A DNA stretch of 64,000 nucleotides from Histomonas meleagridis 2922-C6/04-290x (taxonomy: Eukaryota > Protista > Parabasalia), in the NCBI GenBank assembly GCA_020184695.1, contig JAANOX010000039.1, positions 1-64,000 of the forward strand. The letters are read 5' to 3'. This document shows, in pieces, positions 34,119 through 46,600 of this stretch. The position numbers were made by a program, and so were the translations under genes. The notes below the pieces were generated by a model. The model worked only from the letters and a program-made list of their open reading frames with translations, had not been told where the DNA came from and did not search any database. Numbering within the stretch: the first letter of the stretch is position 1; every line of letters starts with the position of its first letter.

Positions 34119-37100
34119 ATGTCAAGCAAAAAACAAAAATCTTACTTTTTCTATTTAACAAGTAGTGATCTCCAACATTATAGCAAAAACATCTGGAATC
34201 CATTTTCGAACGACACAGCTGATAATTTTTTGGATACATTTAAAGATCGTTTGATTTTTGAAAATGCAAGCTTGATAAAAGGCGTAGTGTACATTGATAG
34301 CACATTCACATTTCATTTACCTCCCAAAGTTATACCACTTCAACTCTTTCCACAATTAAAATATGAGTTAAAAGTCAAAACTAATGATGATGGGTCACTT
34401 GCTGAAGAAACTGTTCAAGATAAATCATGTATAACATTGGTTGATGGTGGTTCAGAACTTTATCAACGCATTACAATTAAATTCCAACATCTTCATGACC
34501 AATTAGGCCCAATTATTGCTCAAATTCCATTTGTCCCAGATGGAGACAACATTGTTAGTGCTATTAAGCGTTACATTGGCGATCAAACATGGGAAACTCA
34601 ATTTTTTTATTTATCTTCAGTTTTAAATTTACCTTTTGAATCCGTCATTCTTCGTTATTCAGATGATTCTAATAACACGATAATCTTTCCGTTTACTAAG
34701 ATTGTTGATATTCTTGAATTATTTTTCAATTCTGATGGAACTTGTTATAATCCTCATGGAGAATTTAAATATGATATATCATACACTCCAGGTCCAACAC
34801 CAACAGTTTTTTCAACACTTCATTTAGATGATCCTTCCAATAAAATGAAGGAATTTTCAGCATCACTTCTTCAACGAATTTCTTCAGTTCCTCCATCCAA
34901 ATACATCAGTTCCATTCTTGAAGAACTCCGTTTATTTTTTGATCGAAATGAATTACCACTTGACGTTTATGTTATTGAATCACTTAAAGATGCAATTTAC
35001 CGAACTTTACCATATCCCTTTATTAATTATTTGTCTCGTTTCTTGCTTATTGATAAGCGAACCAATTACCAATGGCATCAAATCGATCGTCAAATTATAA
35101 CCGATTACACACCTGTAAACGACGATATCACCGATAAAAACAGTTTGATTGAATTTTTGATAGCAATTTGTCTTGGCAAATGGAGCCGTTTACCGTGTGA
35201 TATCGTTGATCGTTTTCATAATGCATTAAATGCGTTTAGACAACAAACAAATCCTCAAAACAAGATGTTTTTCGGGTATATTGTCTATTCACATTTCGTA
35301 AATTTACAAGGACAAAGTTATACCATAATCTTAACAAGATCATTTATCCATTTATTTAACTTTACTCCAAAGAAAACTGATTCACATGAAGTCCTCCCTG
35401 AGACTTATAATTTTATTTGTGGTAACAAGACTCCATTATTATATGGTGCACCAATTCAATGCGTAAAGTTTACACAAGTCGAGCCAGGGAAGTCAATTGG
35501 AATCTTATCAACACCACAAGGCTATTTCACCATTGATTTTGGGCCTGTTGAAGCTTTATATGATTTTTGGCTCATGTTGGAGATCTGTCAAAATGAAACA
35601 AATCAACCAATCATACAGCCACAAATCCCCGACCTACATATTTCAATCACATTTCCAAACATTGAACCTATTGGCAAACATATTAATGCTGACATTGAAG
35701 CTGGTCAAGATAAGTGGTCAATATCATATCCATTCTTTAAGTTTGCGCATTTCATCGATGATATTTACAATAGGCTCATTAAGTTCCAAATTTTGATGCC
35801 ATTATATACACCAATGAAATTGAAGAATTGGATGTTTAACGATCAATCATTTGAATGCATGAAAAACAAATATTTGTTATCAACGATTGGCGAATATTTA
35901 TCCATTGATAATAAATTTGAAAATTTCGAAGAATTACAATCACAAATTATGTATTCGATGTGTATTGAACTGGCAACAAATCCAATTAAATTTGATCAAT
36001 TTCGTTTCTTTATATTGTTAGGAATTACTGATTTTAATAAGGCCATTACTAACAACAGCTTAACATTATTTAATTGGCAATTGAAAAATTTCGGTTCGTT
36101 AATTACAAGTTATAAAATTGAGGGCACCCCATTTTTACACTTTTCGGCGATGTTTATTGACAATTTAGAAATATTACAGTCGATCATTAACCGCTACGAT
36201 ATCAATGAAACCGACGACGATAAGCGTACGGCACTTTTCTATTCAATTCGAAGTCCAACGTTTAATTCCACACAAATGTTATTTGAAAAAGGGATTGATC
36301 CATATTTTCCAGACAACAATTTAGAGACTCCATTTTGTGAAGCAGTTGATCATAAGCTTACAGAGAAGACCATTTTTCTTATACGTAATTTCAAGAATTC
36401 CCATATGCAATCACTAGTTTATTGTTTAGAGACCAAAAACTTTGAGTTATTTAACAAGCTCTTAAAATATTGTCCATCATATTCCTTAAATAGTAAGTCC
36501 ATCAATGGCTCATATCTAATACACGTCTTAATCAAGAAGAAAGCGATTGAACAATTATATTTATTATCACAACGATGTCCGGAATTTGACCCTAATTTAT
36601 ATAGTGACAAATATCCACATGCAGTTCATTTCTATTTCGATATCAGTTCTAAGACTAAAGACTTTAATTTAGAACTATTTAATGCATTGTTATCATTACC
36701 GAATTTGGACTTAAACATTCGAAATGATAAAAACGAAACACCTCTTTGCCGATGTTTACAATATAACAACGTAAACATATTCCAAAGATTAGTATCTGAC
36801 CCACGTTGTGACTTAGATCTCCAAAATGAAAATAACCAGTCTTGTCTATACTTGGCAGTCGAAATGAGAAACGTCGAATTCATTACAATACTTCTGAAAG
36901 CTGGAGTTTTAGTGAATGCTCCGAACAATGACGAAGAGAAAAACACGCCATTGTTTTTGGCCGTGAAGAAAAACGATTTGACAATCATAGAATTGTTGGT
37001 GAATTATTCAGCAAACCCAAATAAATGGTATAACGCAGACGGTAACTTACCACAACACATCGGATCGCCAGAAGTGTTACAAAGAATGAAAGAAAAAGGT

Positions 37101-37130
37101 TTTCAACAAGTGTACGAACAAAGATCCTGA
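34119..37130 (+). CDS. Large protein (~1000 aa) with C-terminal uninterrupted ankyrin repeats
   Basis: DINETDDDKRTALFYS, DLNIRNDKNETPL, DLQNENNQSCLYLAV, EKNTPLFLAV; likely start ATG 34119. Confidence 0.88.
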   Translation: MSSKKQKSYFFYLTSSDLQHYSKNIWNPFSNDTADNFLDTFKDRLIFENASLIKGVVYIDSTFTFHLPPKVIPLQLFPQLKYELKVKTNDDGSLAEETVQDKSCITLVDGGSELYQRITIKFQHLHDQLGPIIAQIPFVPDGDNIVSAIKRYIGDQTWETQFFYLSSVLNLPFESVILRYSDDSNNTIIFPFTKIVDILELFFNSDGTCYNPHGEFKYDISYTPGPTPTVFSTLHLDDPSNKMKEFSASLLQRISSVPPSKYISSILEELRLFFDRNELPLDVYVIESLKDAIYRTLPYPFINYLSRFLLIDKRTNYQWHQIDRQIITDYTPVNDDITDKNSLIEFLIAICLGKWSRLPCDIVDRFHNALNAFRQQTNPQNKMFFGYIVYSHFVNLQGQSYTIILTRSFIHLFNFTPKKTDSHEVLPETYNFICGNKTPLLYGAPIQCVKFTQVEPGKSIGILSTPQGYFTIDFGPVEALYDFWLMLEICQNETNQPIIQPQIPDLHISITFPNIEPIGKHINADIEAGQDKWSISYPFFKFAHFIDDIYNRLIKFQILMPLYTPMKLKNWMFNDQSFECMKNKYLLSTIGEYLSIDNKFENFEELQSQIMYSMCIELATNPIKFDQFRFFILLGITDFNKAITNNSLTLFNWQLKNFGSLITSYKIEGTPFLHFSAMFIDNLEILQSIINRYDINETDDDKRTALFYSIRSPTFNSTQMLFEKGIDPYFPDNNLETPFCEAVDHKLTEKTIFLIRNFKNSHMQSLVYCLETKNFELFNKLLKYCPSYSLNSKSINGSYLIHVLIKKKAIEQLYLLSQRCPEFDPNLYSDKYPHAVHFYFDISSKTKDFNLELFNALLSLPNLDLNIRNDKNETPLCRCLQYNNVNIFQRLVSDPRCDLDLQNENNQSCLYLAVEMRNVEFITILLKAGVLVNAPNNDEEKNTPLFLAVKKNDLTIIELLVNYSANPNKWYNADGNLPQHIGSPEVLQRMKEKGFQQVYEQRS

Positions 37131-37327
37131 AATATCGACAAGTTTATTTCTATCGTCTGAGGAAAAATGTTTCTGAGTTCGAAGAGGAAATATCTGTCTA
37201 ACAAATGTTTTTTGGGTAAAATCCAAAGGCGCTTAGTAAATATATACAGAAAAAAATGTTTTTGATGGTGATTTTTACAAAAAAGAAAAATTGTTGTTGA
37301 AATCGTTCGTGTCAACGTCAATGAAAC

Positions 37328-37744
37328 CTATGGAAGCTTTTCTTCGTTCATTTGATAGATAAAATCTGGAATGGTTATCTTTTTTAGGAGATCTCCAATT
37401 ATTGGAATTTTCTTGAAACTAGATAAAACATATGGAATAAACCCACCAAATAAAATAAACCCGCCAATTAATTGAGATAAACACCCGAAAAAACCACGAT
37501 TAAAACATATTAAAATGAAACCAACGACTAAGCAAACAGTTGCTGGAATTCTCTTTTTGGAGAGAAAGAGATGCGCTGATTTTTCTGGTCTTAAAATCAT
37601 TAAGATTCCACCAAAAAATAATAAATTTGAAAAAAGTAAGAAAGTTCGATTAAAATGAATTAACATTGATAAAAAATAAGATGTGACTCCAATACCAGTC
37701 ATTACAACACCAATCTTCCTGAAGTTGAATTCGTTTTCTTCCAT
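37328..37744 (-). CDS. GOT1: Got1/Sft2-family vesicle transport membrane protein
   Basis: RKIGVVMTGIG, FNRTFLLFSNLLF, GFILFGGFIPYVLSSFKKIPIIG; four TM segments. Confidence 0.85.
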   Translation of the reverse strand: MEENEFNFRKIGVVMTGIGVTSYFLSMLIHFNRTFLLFSNLLFFGGILMILRPEKSAHLFLSKKRIPATVCLVVGFILICFNRGFFGCLSQLIGGFILFGGFIPYVLSSFKKIPIIGDLLKKITIPDFIYQMNEEKLP

Positions 37745-38642
37745 TCAACCATAGAGACATGTGATGTAAAAACTAGACAAAAGATTCTTATTCTCAAACT
37801 CAAGTGATACAAACAATAGACAAAAATTAATAATTTCTTTTTAGTGCTTTTTTATTTTAAATACTTAAACAGATCAATTCGAAAAAAGAAATTTTATATT
37901 TTATAAAATCAATGTTGAAAAGAAATTATAACATTATTTGCGGGATGCATGGATATGTGTTATTGTACAACATGTGATTTATTAAATAAATATCAAATGT
38001 TTTTTTGGATATATAGTAAATCTTCTTGAAAATGATTTGATATATTGAAATTTTCTTATTTTATGCGAACTTAGTTACGAGAATTAATTAAATGGTATAA
38101 AGGATGAATTACATAACAGCAAGCTTTTAGGAAAAAATAGCGATAATTCTAAAGTTACGTTACTCCTGTCAATTTGACAACTCAAATGACGATAATGTTC
38201 TCAATTTCATGTAACCGATGATCATCGCAAATTTGCGATGTCAAACGACATCAAAAAATATTCTATTTTAAAGAATAAAATAACTCAATTTTATTAGAAA
38301 TTAAATTTTAATTATCGAAAATCAGATAAGAAAAAACAATTTTTTTTTTGAAATCAGAAAAAAAATGAGATTATTTTGCCTATTTTTAGAGCTTTAACGA
38401 AAGAAATATATCCACATTGATTAAAACAATCATTTAATCATGCAAATACATTAAAATTATGAAGATTTTGCGTTGTAAATGGTGAAAAAATTCTTTGACT
38501 TTTTTTCCGATAATCTTGACTTGGCTCAATATTCTTTTGAGCATATTTCAGTGGAGTATTGAAAATAGTTTTCAATTTTTCTGATCATGACGGTTGTGAA
38601 AACAGTGTTTTTAAAGCAATTTTTATTTTTTGATATTGACGA

Positions 38643-38987
38643 ATGGAGTTCATCAACCAATGGCCTTCGCGATGGAGCAGAATTATCATATTAGATGACC
38701 AAGGAAAAGAATCAATGGTCTATCCTCTAGATGAAAAAGCAAAATTGATGGTAAAAATGAAAAGACAACCAAGAAGAAATTTGGACAAAATGACAGGGAA
38801 AGATGGTTTGTGTTTCCAGATGAAAGGAGAACAAAACGCAATGAGATTTGGGCAGATACAACAAGAACAAAACTTCAATAATACCTATTCAGATCTTAAC
38901 CATCAAGATCGTGTTATCCCACCCGATGACCTCACGTCCATAAGCTGGCTTTTAAACCCTGGAGCAGTTTTACCAATAACAAATTGA
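38643..38987 (+). CDS. Hypothetical protein (114 aa)
   Basis: Intact ATG ORF; C-terminal SISWLLN motif; no recognised domain. Confidence 0.65.
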   Translation: MEFINQWPSRWSRIIILDDQGKESMVYPLDEKAKLMVKMKRQPRRNLDKMTGKDGLCFQMKGEQNAMRFGQIQQEQNFNNTYSDLNHQDRVIPPDDLTSISWLLNPGAVLPITN

Positions 38988-40041
38988 TGATCATAAGGAA
39001 TTATATCAAGATTTCTCATGTAATGATATTAACCAAATCGTAAACAGCGCAGACAATGTGAATAAATACGAAAATTTAAAAGTCAAAATCTATGAAAGTT
39101 TATAACCCAATCATCTGATTCAAAATTTCTGATGAATTTTCAATGTGGTTAACATAACTCACAAAATTTATCGCGGTGTAAACTTCCCAAAAATAACGTC
39201 ATATGAAAACACGTTTGACCAAATTGACACCAACTTTTTCAATAAGAGCAAGATTAACCAAAAACAGGATTTGCGAGAAAGATCATATTTACTGTGAACT
39301 ACCACTTTTAAATCGATTTTGGCTCTTGGTTTGTTTTTCTAATTATAAGATTAACATTATAAAATACAAATACGATTGTGATACAGGAACGTTTTCTCTT
39401 TATAGGCAAAATTTATTTTTTGAATAGTTTATAGTTTTATTTAACCTTGTTTTAAAAATTTTGCACAAGCTAACATTTGGTAAAATTCTTAAATAACTAT
39501 TTTAAAGACGAATGTTTATAAAAGATATATTGTTCCACCAATCTTATTATTGATAAAGAAGAATTTAAATTTTGAATGTTGAAATCTAAAAAAATTTTTA
39601 AGTGCTTTTATATATCAAAGGAATTAAGTACCGTCTTAATTTTCATAAATCATTATTAATTCTGTTTTCTATCCCATAAAAATTTTATACTTCAGTAAGA
39701 ACAGCTTAAGCTATATTTGGTACAATCAAATAAACGCTGTAGAATTTTTAGAATGAATTCATCAAGAATTCTTGGGGATATCTACAACAAATTTTAAACA
39801 TGAAGTTCATGAAGTGAATAATTATTAAAATAGAAAAATCAAGAGAATTTTTTGAGCGTTATAAACACATTCATATTTTAACAGCCAACAGTGCTTGTTT
39901 AGTGTAAGAATGTTTCCCATTCACTCTGGAATTTATTTTTAAAAATAGCACGTTGAAAGAGTTGCCACTTTTTATTGAATAAGACTGAATCAGTATTTAA
40001 AAAGTTAAAATAAACGGCTTCTTTCCAAGGTCGATTCTAAA

Positions 40042-40353
40042 ATGCAAGGAAATAATCAACAAATCAGCAGTGCTTATGATTTCAGTGAGTTGGATGCAGC
40101 CTTGTCTGAAATTCCAGGGGTACAACATAATGAACAAGTAATACCTGATCCAAATCAAAAGAAAGCTATAAATATTCCAACAGATATACTATTAAAAGAA
40201 ATCCAAGCGAAAAAGAAAAAAACAGAGATTAGTCAAAAAACCCGAGCCAAAAAAAACAAAAAGGTTGAGCGTTCTAAAGGATACATTGATAAATTATCAA
40301 AAAAGGAAAAACAACATAAAAAAGCCAAAATCGATAAAAAGCATCGGAAGTGA
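40042..40353 (+). CDS. Hypothetical small Lys-rich protein
   Basis: Intact 103-aa ORF with highly basic C-terminal half. Confidence 0.7.
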   Translation: MQGNNQQISSAYDFSELDAALSEIPGVQHNEQVIPDPNQKKAINIPTDILLKEIQAKKKKTEISQKTRAKKNKKVERSKGYIDKLSKKEKQHKKAKIDKKHRK

Positions 40354-40680
40354 GACATTAGCATCATAATAGATGCATTTTTTCTTTTGATAAAAAATTA
40401 AATTCATTATTTTTAAATAAAAAATGAAGTCTATCCTCTGTTCCTTCGAAATTTCTTGATTTAGTTCCATTATAAAGCATTTTATCTCTTTGAAACTGTA
40501 AACGCGTAATTAGGAAATAAAGTTTATAAACAAGTTGTTTGTAGTTTTCAATGAATTATGAGCGTTAAACCATACAATTTTAAATGGGTGATAAAAGTAT
40601 TACACAAAGAAACCATGTCAAAATGGCCGGACCCCTTCCAATTTGAGCTGTGATGTTTCAGGGTGCCCCTAACCGATTTA

Positions 40681-43600
40681 ATGAGCCACCAACAGCTCCA
40701 ATTTTACTCTTATTTCAAAACAGGAATTTTACCAGAATTATCTGACTCTGTACTTGATTCTGTTGATGACTTTCTAATTTATGCACTTGATGATGAGGTT
40801 AATGAATCATTTCCTACATTAACAAATTTTTTTACAACAAATCTGAATAAATTAAATCAAAATTCTTTTGGTGAAGATTCAAAAAAAAGATACTATTATA
40901 TATGTCGTATTCTTCATTCACTTCGATTAATACGGCCTTTTTTATTTTCCCAGTCAACATCTTATTTAATTGAAACTTTAGTTTTACCATTTTTAAGGTC
41001 TTCAAATATATCCGTTCGTCGTAAAACATTTCTATTTTTAATTGATCATTTTATTTCATATCCAGATTGTTCAGAACAAATGATATTAGAATTATTCAAA
41101 CAAATTCATGACTTTCTAGATGAGTCAATACAATCAGTTTTAACCATAGATATTAAATTATTTTTCATCATCATTAATTCATATCGGTCCTTTATCAAGA
41201 CTAAATCCCTTAAATCAAATGAAGTTATATTAGTCTTAGATAAAGTCATCAAGGTTGCACATAATGGTCTTCTATGCATTAATAATCCTGATTTTTTTAA
41301 GACATTACATTTGATTGTTACTAAATCACTTAAACTTTCATATCAGTTAATTGAATATTCTCGTAATGTTAGTGATGAATCGTTTAATTTAATTTTTCGT
41401 ATGAATGATATATTACCCATTGATATTAAATATATCCATATAGCGCAAAATCTTTATGTATGTATGTGTGTTATATATGACTTAGATATTCCTAAACACA
41501 ATGAATCACTTAAAAACATATTATTTAAAATTCTTTCGACTATATTTCCAACACTTAAATATCATCCATATTTAGAAAGTCGAAGAAGTTCATATTATTT
41601 CCACACATTTAAAAAGATAATATTATCACAACAATCGAACATGAATTTATTTAGTCGAACTGTATATTTATTATGGTATTTTTTTGGTGGATTAAAAGGA
41701 CAAATTAGTTTTTTACGAAGTAGTTTAGATTTATTTAAAAGTTATATCACTAAAACTTCATTTGAACAAAACCCACATTTACAACATGATTTATTTGAAC
41801 AAGCTGTAACATCATATGAAATGTTAAAAGATGAATTTGAATCTGTTGATTTAACAAGTAAAAATAAACCTTTCGAAGCAGAATATTGGCTTGATTGTAA
41901 CATATGTATTATTAACATTATAAATTGTACATTATTCCCTGATAAACAATTATATATAGAAGGGAATTCATTCTCGAATAAGATCGAATTGTTTGTTAGA
42001 TTATTAAAATATTTTTCTTGGTTCTTAGGTATAGTATCAACTGCTGGTAATCCAAATGCACCTGATCAAACATTTAGTAATTTTATTAGACAACAAATGA
42101 GTTTTTCGATATTAAAAGAGAAGGTTAATGAAATCATTAAATATTTTGGTATAATATTTTCACAATTAACACCACAATTATTAAATTATTTGTTTTCACT
42201 CCATTTAAATATTATGATTCCGACTAAACCATATCATTTATATCATTTATTATTTCATCAAATGATGTTAAAGAATTTACATGATAATGTTCCTTATCAT
42301 ATTTATTTTTTAAGTACTATAACTAAATATTTTGATATGTTTTTCATAGATAATAAAAATATTCCTTTAGCTAAATTAACTGTATTAGTGTTTCAAAATG
42401 GATTGAAAAAATATATTGATCCTAATTCTCATCATGATAAAGAAATTCAAGATTATCTTTTAAAGATAATGTTATTAATATTAGATAAAAAGCAAAGTTA
42501 TTTAATCGAATATATTTTAATTCCAATTTTTCATTCTTTATTTAAGAATTTACAACGTTTAACTTATTTTATTGATAAAATTAAACAACAACATATATCA
42601 ATGATTTCTATTTTAAGATATTTAGTCGATGATCCACAACTTGAATTATCTGTTTCATTATTATCTTTATATCTTTTTCCTTTATGTTATACTCAACAAG
42701 AACCATTAGATAATTGGATATATCTTTTTTTGCATTCAATTGAGTCTGAAAAACATCGAAATAATGCAACGCAAATTCTTTCGGAAATAGCTTCACTTCA
42801 ATCTCAATTTTTTTTTCAAAGTTTAAGTAAAATTAGAGAAAATCTTCAATCACGTCTAATTAATGCTTTATCTAAAGATATTTATTGTATGCAAATTTTC
42901 TTGACTAAAATTCCTGATTTATTTGTGAAACATTCATTAATAAATAAAGACGATGATAAATATCATCATTATATTAATTATGAAGATAAAATTATATCAA
43001 TTGAATCAATATTTAACTCATTTAAACTAGAAAAGAATTTAAATGATGAAAAAGTATTAATTTTTTATGATTGTTTTCTGAATTTTATTTCAACATTAAA
43101 TTTTTGGGATGCATTTTCGAATCAAAATATCATTGAAATGACGAAATTTATTGTCTCAAAAAATGTTTCATTAATTGATGATGCATATAAATCATTAAAA
43201 CCTCCGCAACAATATATTTTATTAATATTAAGACAACAATTTGGTACATCGATATTAAGCATCATTAATGAAATAGAAAACATTCCCGAATTTGTTGAAT
43301 ATATAACAATATTATGTCATAATCGGAATTTTTCACATACTATTGTTGAAATCATTGATTATACAATAGATTATATACCTACGAATTCATTGTTTGTACG
43401 AATAGTTAATAGTTTAATGCATGCATCACAATATGATTATGAAAATGTATTAAAAATATTTAATAATCATATATACACTCGACGATTTACTAATGAAGAT
43501 GTAAAAGTATTAAATGATTTACGTTATACTTTTACTAAATCTTCAACAGTATATCAAAAATATATGAGAAAAATAGCATTCATTTCATTAAGATTTCTAA

Positions 43601-46600
43601 AAAATAATTTCGGAGTAATTAGTCCAATTGAACAAACTCGTATGAGAGCATTAAAAGAATTACCAAAAAAATTACAAGCGAATCCTTACTTTCGAATTAA
43701 TTCATATAATTTTATCTTTTTTCAACCATTTAATGATATCGAAGATATTTCCGATATAATTTCGGAGCTTTCAAAAGTATTAAATAATTATATATCATGT
43801 ATAGTTATAATTCAACCTATAAAAGAAGTAAAAAAACTTTTAAAAGATTCACAAACTACTAATCAATTAGTTTATGCATATTTTAATGTACGTTTTATAT
43901 TTAAAGTAATTGCAAAATTATTTCCGTTCTTAAAGAACTCAAAATTCGCACATACTCAATGGGAAAATATATTTGTTAGTTTACGAAGTAATAAATGTCG
44001 ACAATTTACAAATTATTTCTTACATAAACTTAAAAAAGAAGGTAAAAAATATGGATTTCAATCATTACCTAATGAAATGAGCATCTTTTTTCAAAGTAAA
44101 ACATTAAGTATTTATGATATTAAAATCTTACGATTTTTAATAAAATTTTATTCAATTCGTCAAATTAATAATTATGTTGAAGTAATAATTGAAGTAGTAA
44201 GTAATTTAAAATCAATGATAACACAATATAATTCATATATCGAAATTAATCGATTATTAAAACAAATATTATTATTAATAAAACAAATTAAAAAATCAGG
44301 TCAATCACAATATGATTTAACAAAATTAATTTCAAATATTATGGATTTTTTAATATATTCGAAAACTGTTTTATTTCCGATTCAAGTTCCTTATTATATT
44401 TTAGCAGAATTTTATCCTAATATAGTGTTACAATGTTTTTCGAAAATGTTTCAACTAAATTGGTCAATTGATTTGTTTTTATTCTTTACTGATATTTATG
44501 CTAATAAACATTGTCAAGAATTTCGAAATTATTGTTTTAAATCTTCAATAACTAATTTCCAAAAATATATTTTACCATATTTTAAAAACGTCATTCAAAA
44601 AGATTTTAGTTTTGTAATGGAACATTCGATTTATTCATTAGCTAAATGTATTAATGAATGTGACGACGATAATATCGAATTATTTCCAATATTCGAAATC
44701 GCTAAAGAATTATTAAGTTTCATTAAAATTAAAAAAGGTATTTATATGCCATCAATATTAGTCTGTTTCACGCAAATATTTTTACCAATAAAATATGCAA
44801 ATTTAATAAATATAAATACAAATTATTATGAATTCATTAAAAAAGAGTTTTTATTAAATTTATCAAAGTTTTCTTCATCATTTAATCATTCATATTTTAC
44901 ACGGCATTTCATTATGTTTGTAAATTTACTTGATTCAACTAAACAAAATGAAATTTATGGTATAATCCAAGAAACGTTTTTAACAGATAAATTTTTAGTT
45001 CCGAAAATATTTTATTATCAAATCTTAAATTATCGAATAAAAACTTCGAAAGAAGAAAATCAACAAACGATTACAATCAATTTTAATAACTTAATACAGC
45101 CTAATACGCCAAGTAATCCGAATATATTTGGTGTGTATTTAATACATTATACTTCTTGTAAAATAGGACTTCATAAAAATATAATAATAAAAGACTTAAA
45201 TACTTCAGTGATATTAAACACATCGCCACAAATTCAAGCGATTTCGATAAATTCCGGAATTACTGACTTAAAAGATATTAAAACGTTAAATCGATTTTGT
45301 GCAGTTACAAAATATTTAATAAGTAATTTAAATTATCAAAATGATGACTATTATGAATTACGTCTAAAAAAGTTATTAAATTCAAACCCTTTTATGATTC
45401 GAGCTTCACGAAATTTGTTTTTAATGTATCAAATGAATTTGGAGTTTAATAAAGTATCAAAAGAACAAATCGATTATATTTTATGTGTTTCGAGTTATAT
45501 ATTGTCATGTAACTCAATACAAACTATTTATCAACAACAATTAATCTTAGTTTTACCAAACGTTTTAATTAACTTAAGAAAATTTATCGACGAAAACGCG
45601 TCGTCGAGATGTTTGGAGTTGTTAATCTCTGCTTCTGTTTTAGTGTTAACGAAATTAAATGAAATGACTTCAATTGCTCATAATATACCTTTAGCAATTG
45701 AAAAATACATTAATAATAGTATTTGTTCTGAGACCTTATTAATAAAATTAAATGAAATATTAATCGAACCAATTAATAAAGATGAAAAATTAAATCAAAC
45801 AAAAACAAAATTCGTTTGTCAATTGATCGCGGTTATCGCCGGTTTATTGTATTCAAAAGATTCAGAAGAAATTCAATTCCCGACACTTTTGTTGCCTTCA
45901 ATTTTCTTTTCGGTTGATTTACAACGCGATACAATTGAATTCTATCAAAACGCTATGAAAAGTATTGTAAACAATTCAAACTTAAACGTCTCCAAATTTC
46001 TCTTACAAAATGTTCATGATAATTTTAGAAATAAAAATGAATTACTTTCTGAACCATTATCAACACCATTTTCGACATTATCAGAATGGCTAAATGAATC
46101 ACAAAGTGATACAAAACTTTTAAGCAAATTAAAATTAATGATTAAAATCTTTAAACCAGAAACAAGGCAAAATTTAAAATCTGAATTAAAAAACTTTAAG
46201 TTTCCAATTAATGACGACATATTATCAGTGATTTATGATATTTCACTTGATCATTTAGATTTTCAAGATATATTTATTCAATCACAAAATTTTATATTTT
46301 TGGCAATTACTGAAACTGAAAATTTTAATAAAGAAATTTGGAACATTAATTGGTTTGAAATTAATGAAGAATTTCATCTAAAGACATTTTTAAAATTATT
46401 ATTTCCAACGAATCTTAATTTTCTTATTAAAACATTAAGTGATAATGAAATCAATGAATATTTATCCAATAACATTATTTCAAATTTAACAACGTTTTGT
46501 AATTATTACATTTATTTATTTCCAAACAGTTCATTATCACAAATCTTATCAATGATTTATTTACCACAATCAAATCCATTACCTAATCAAACGTTATATC

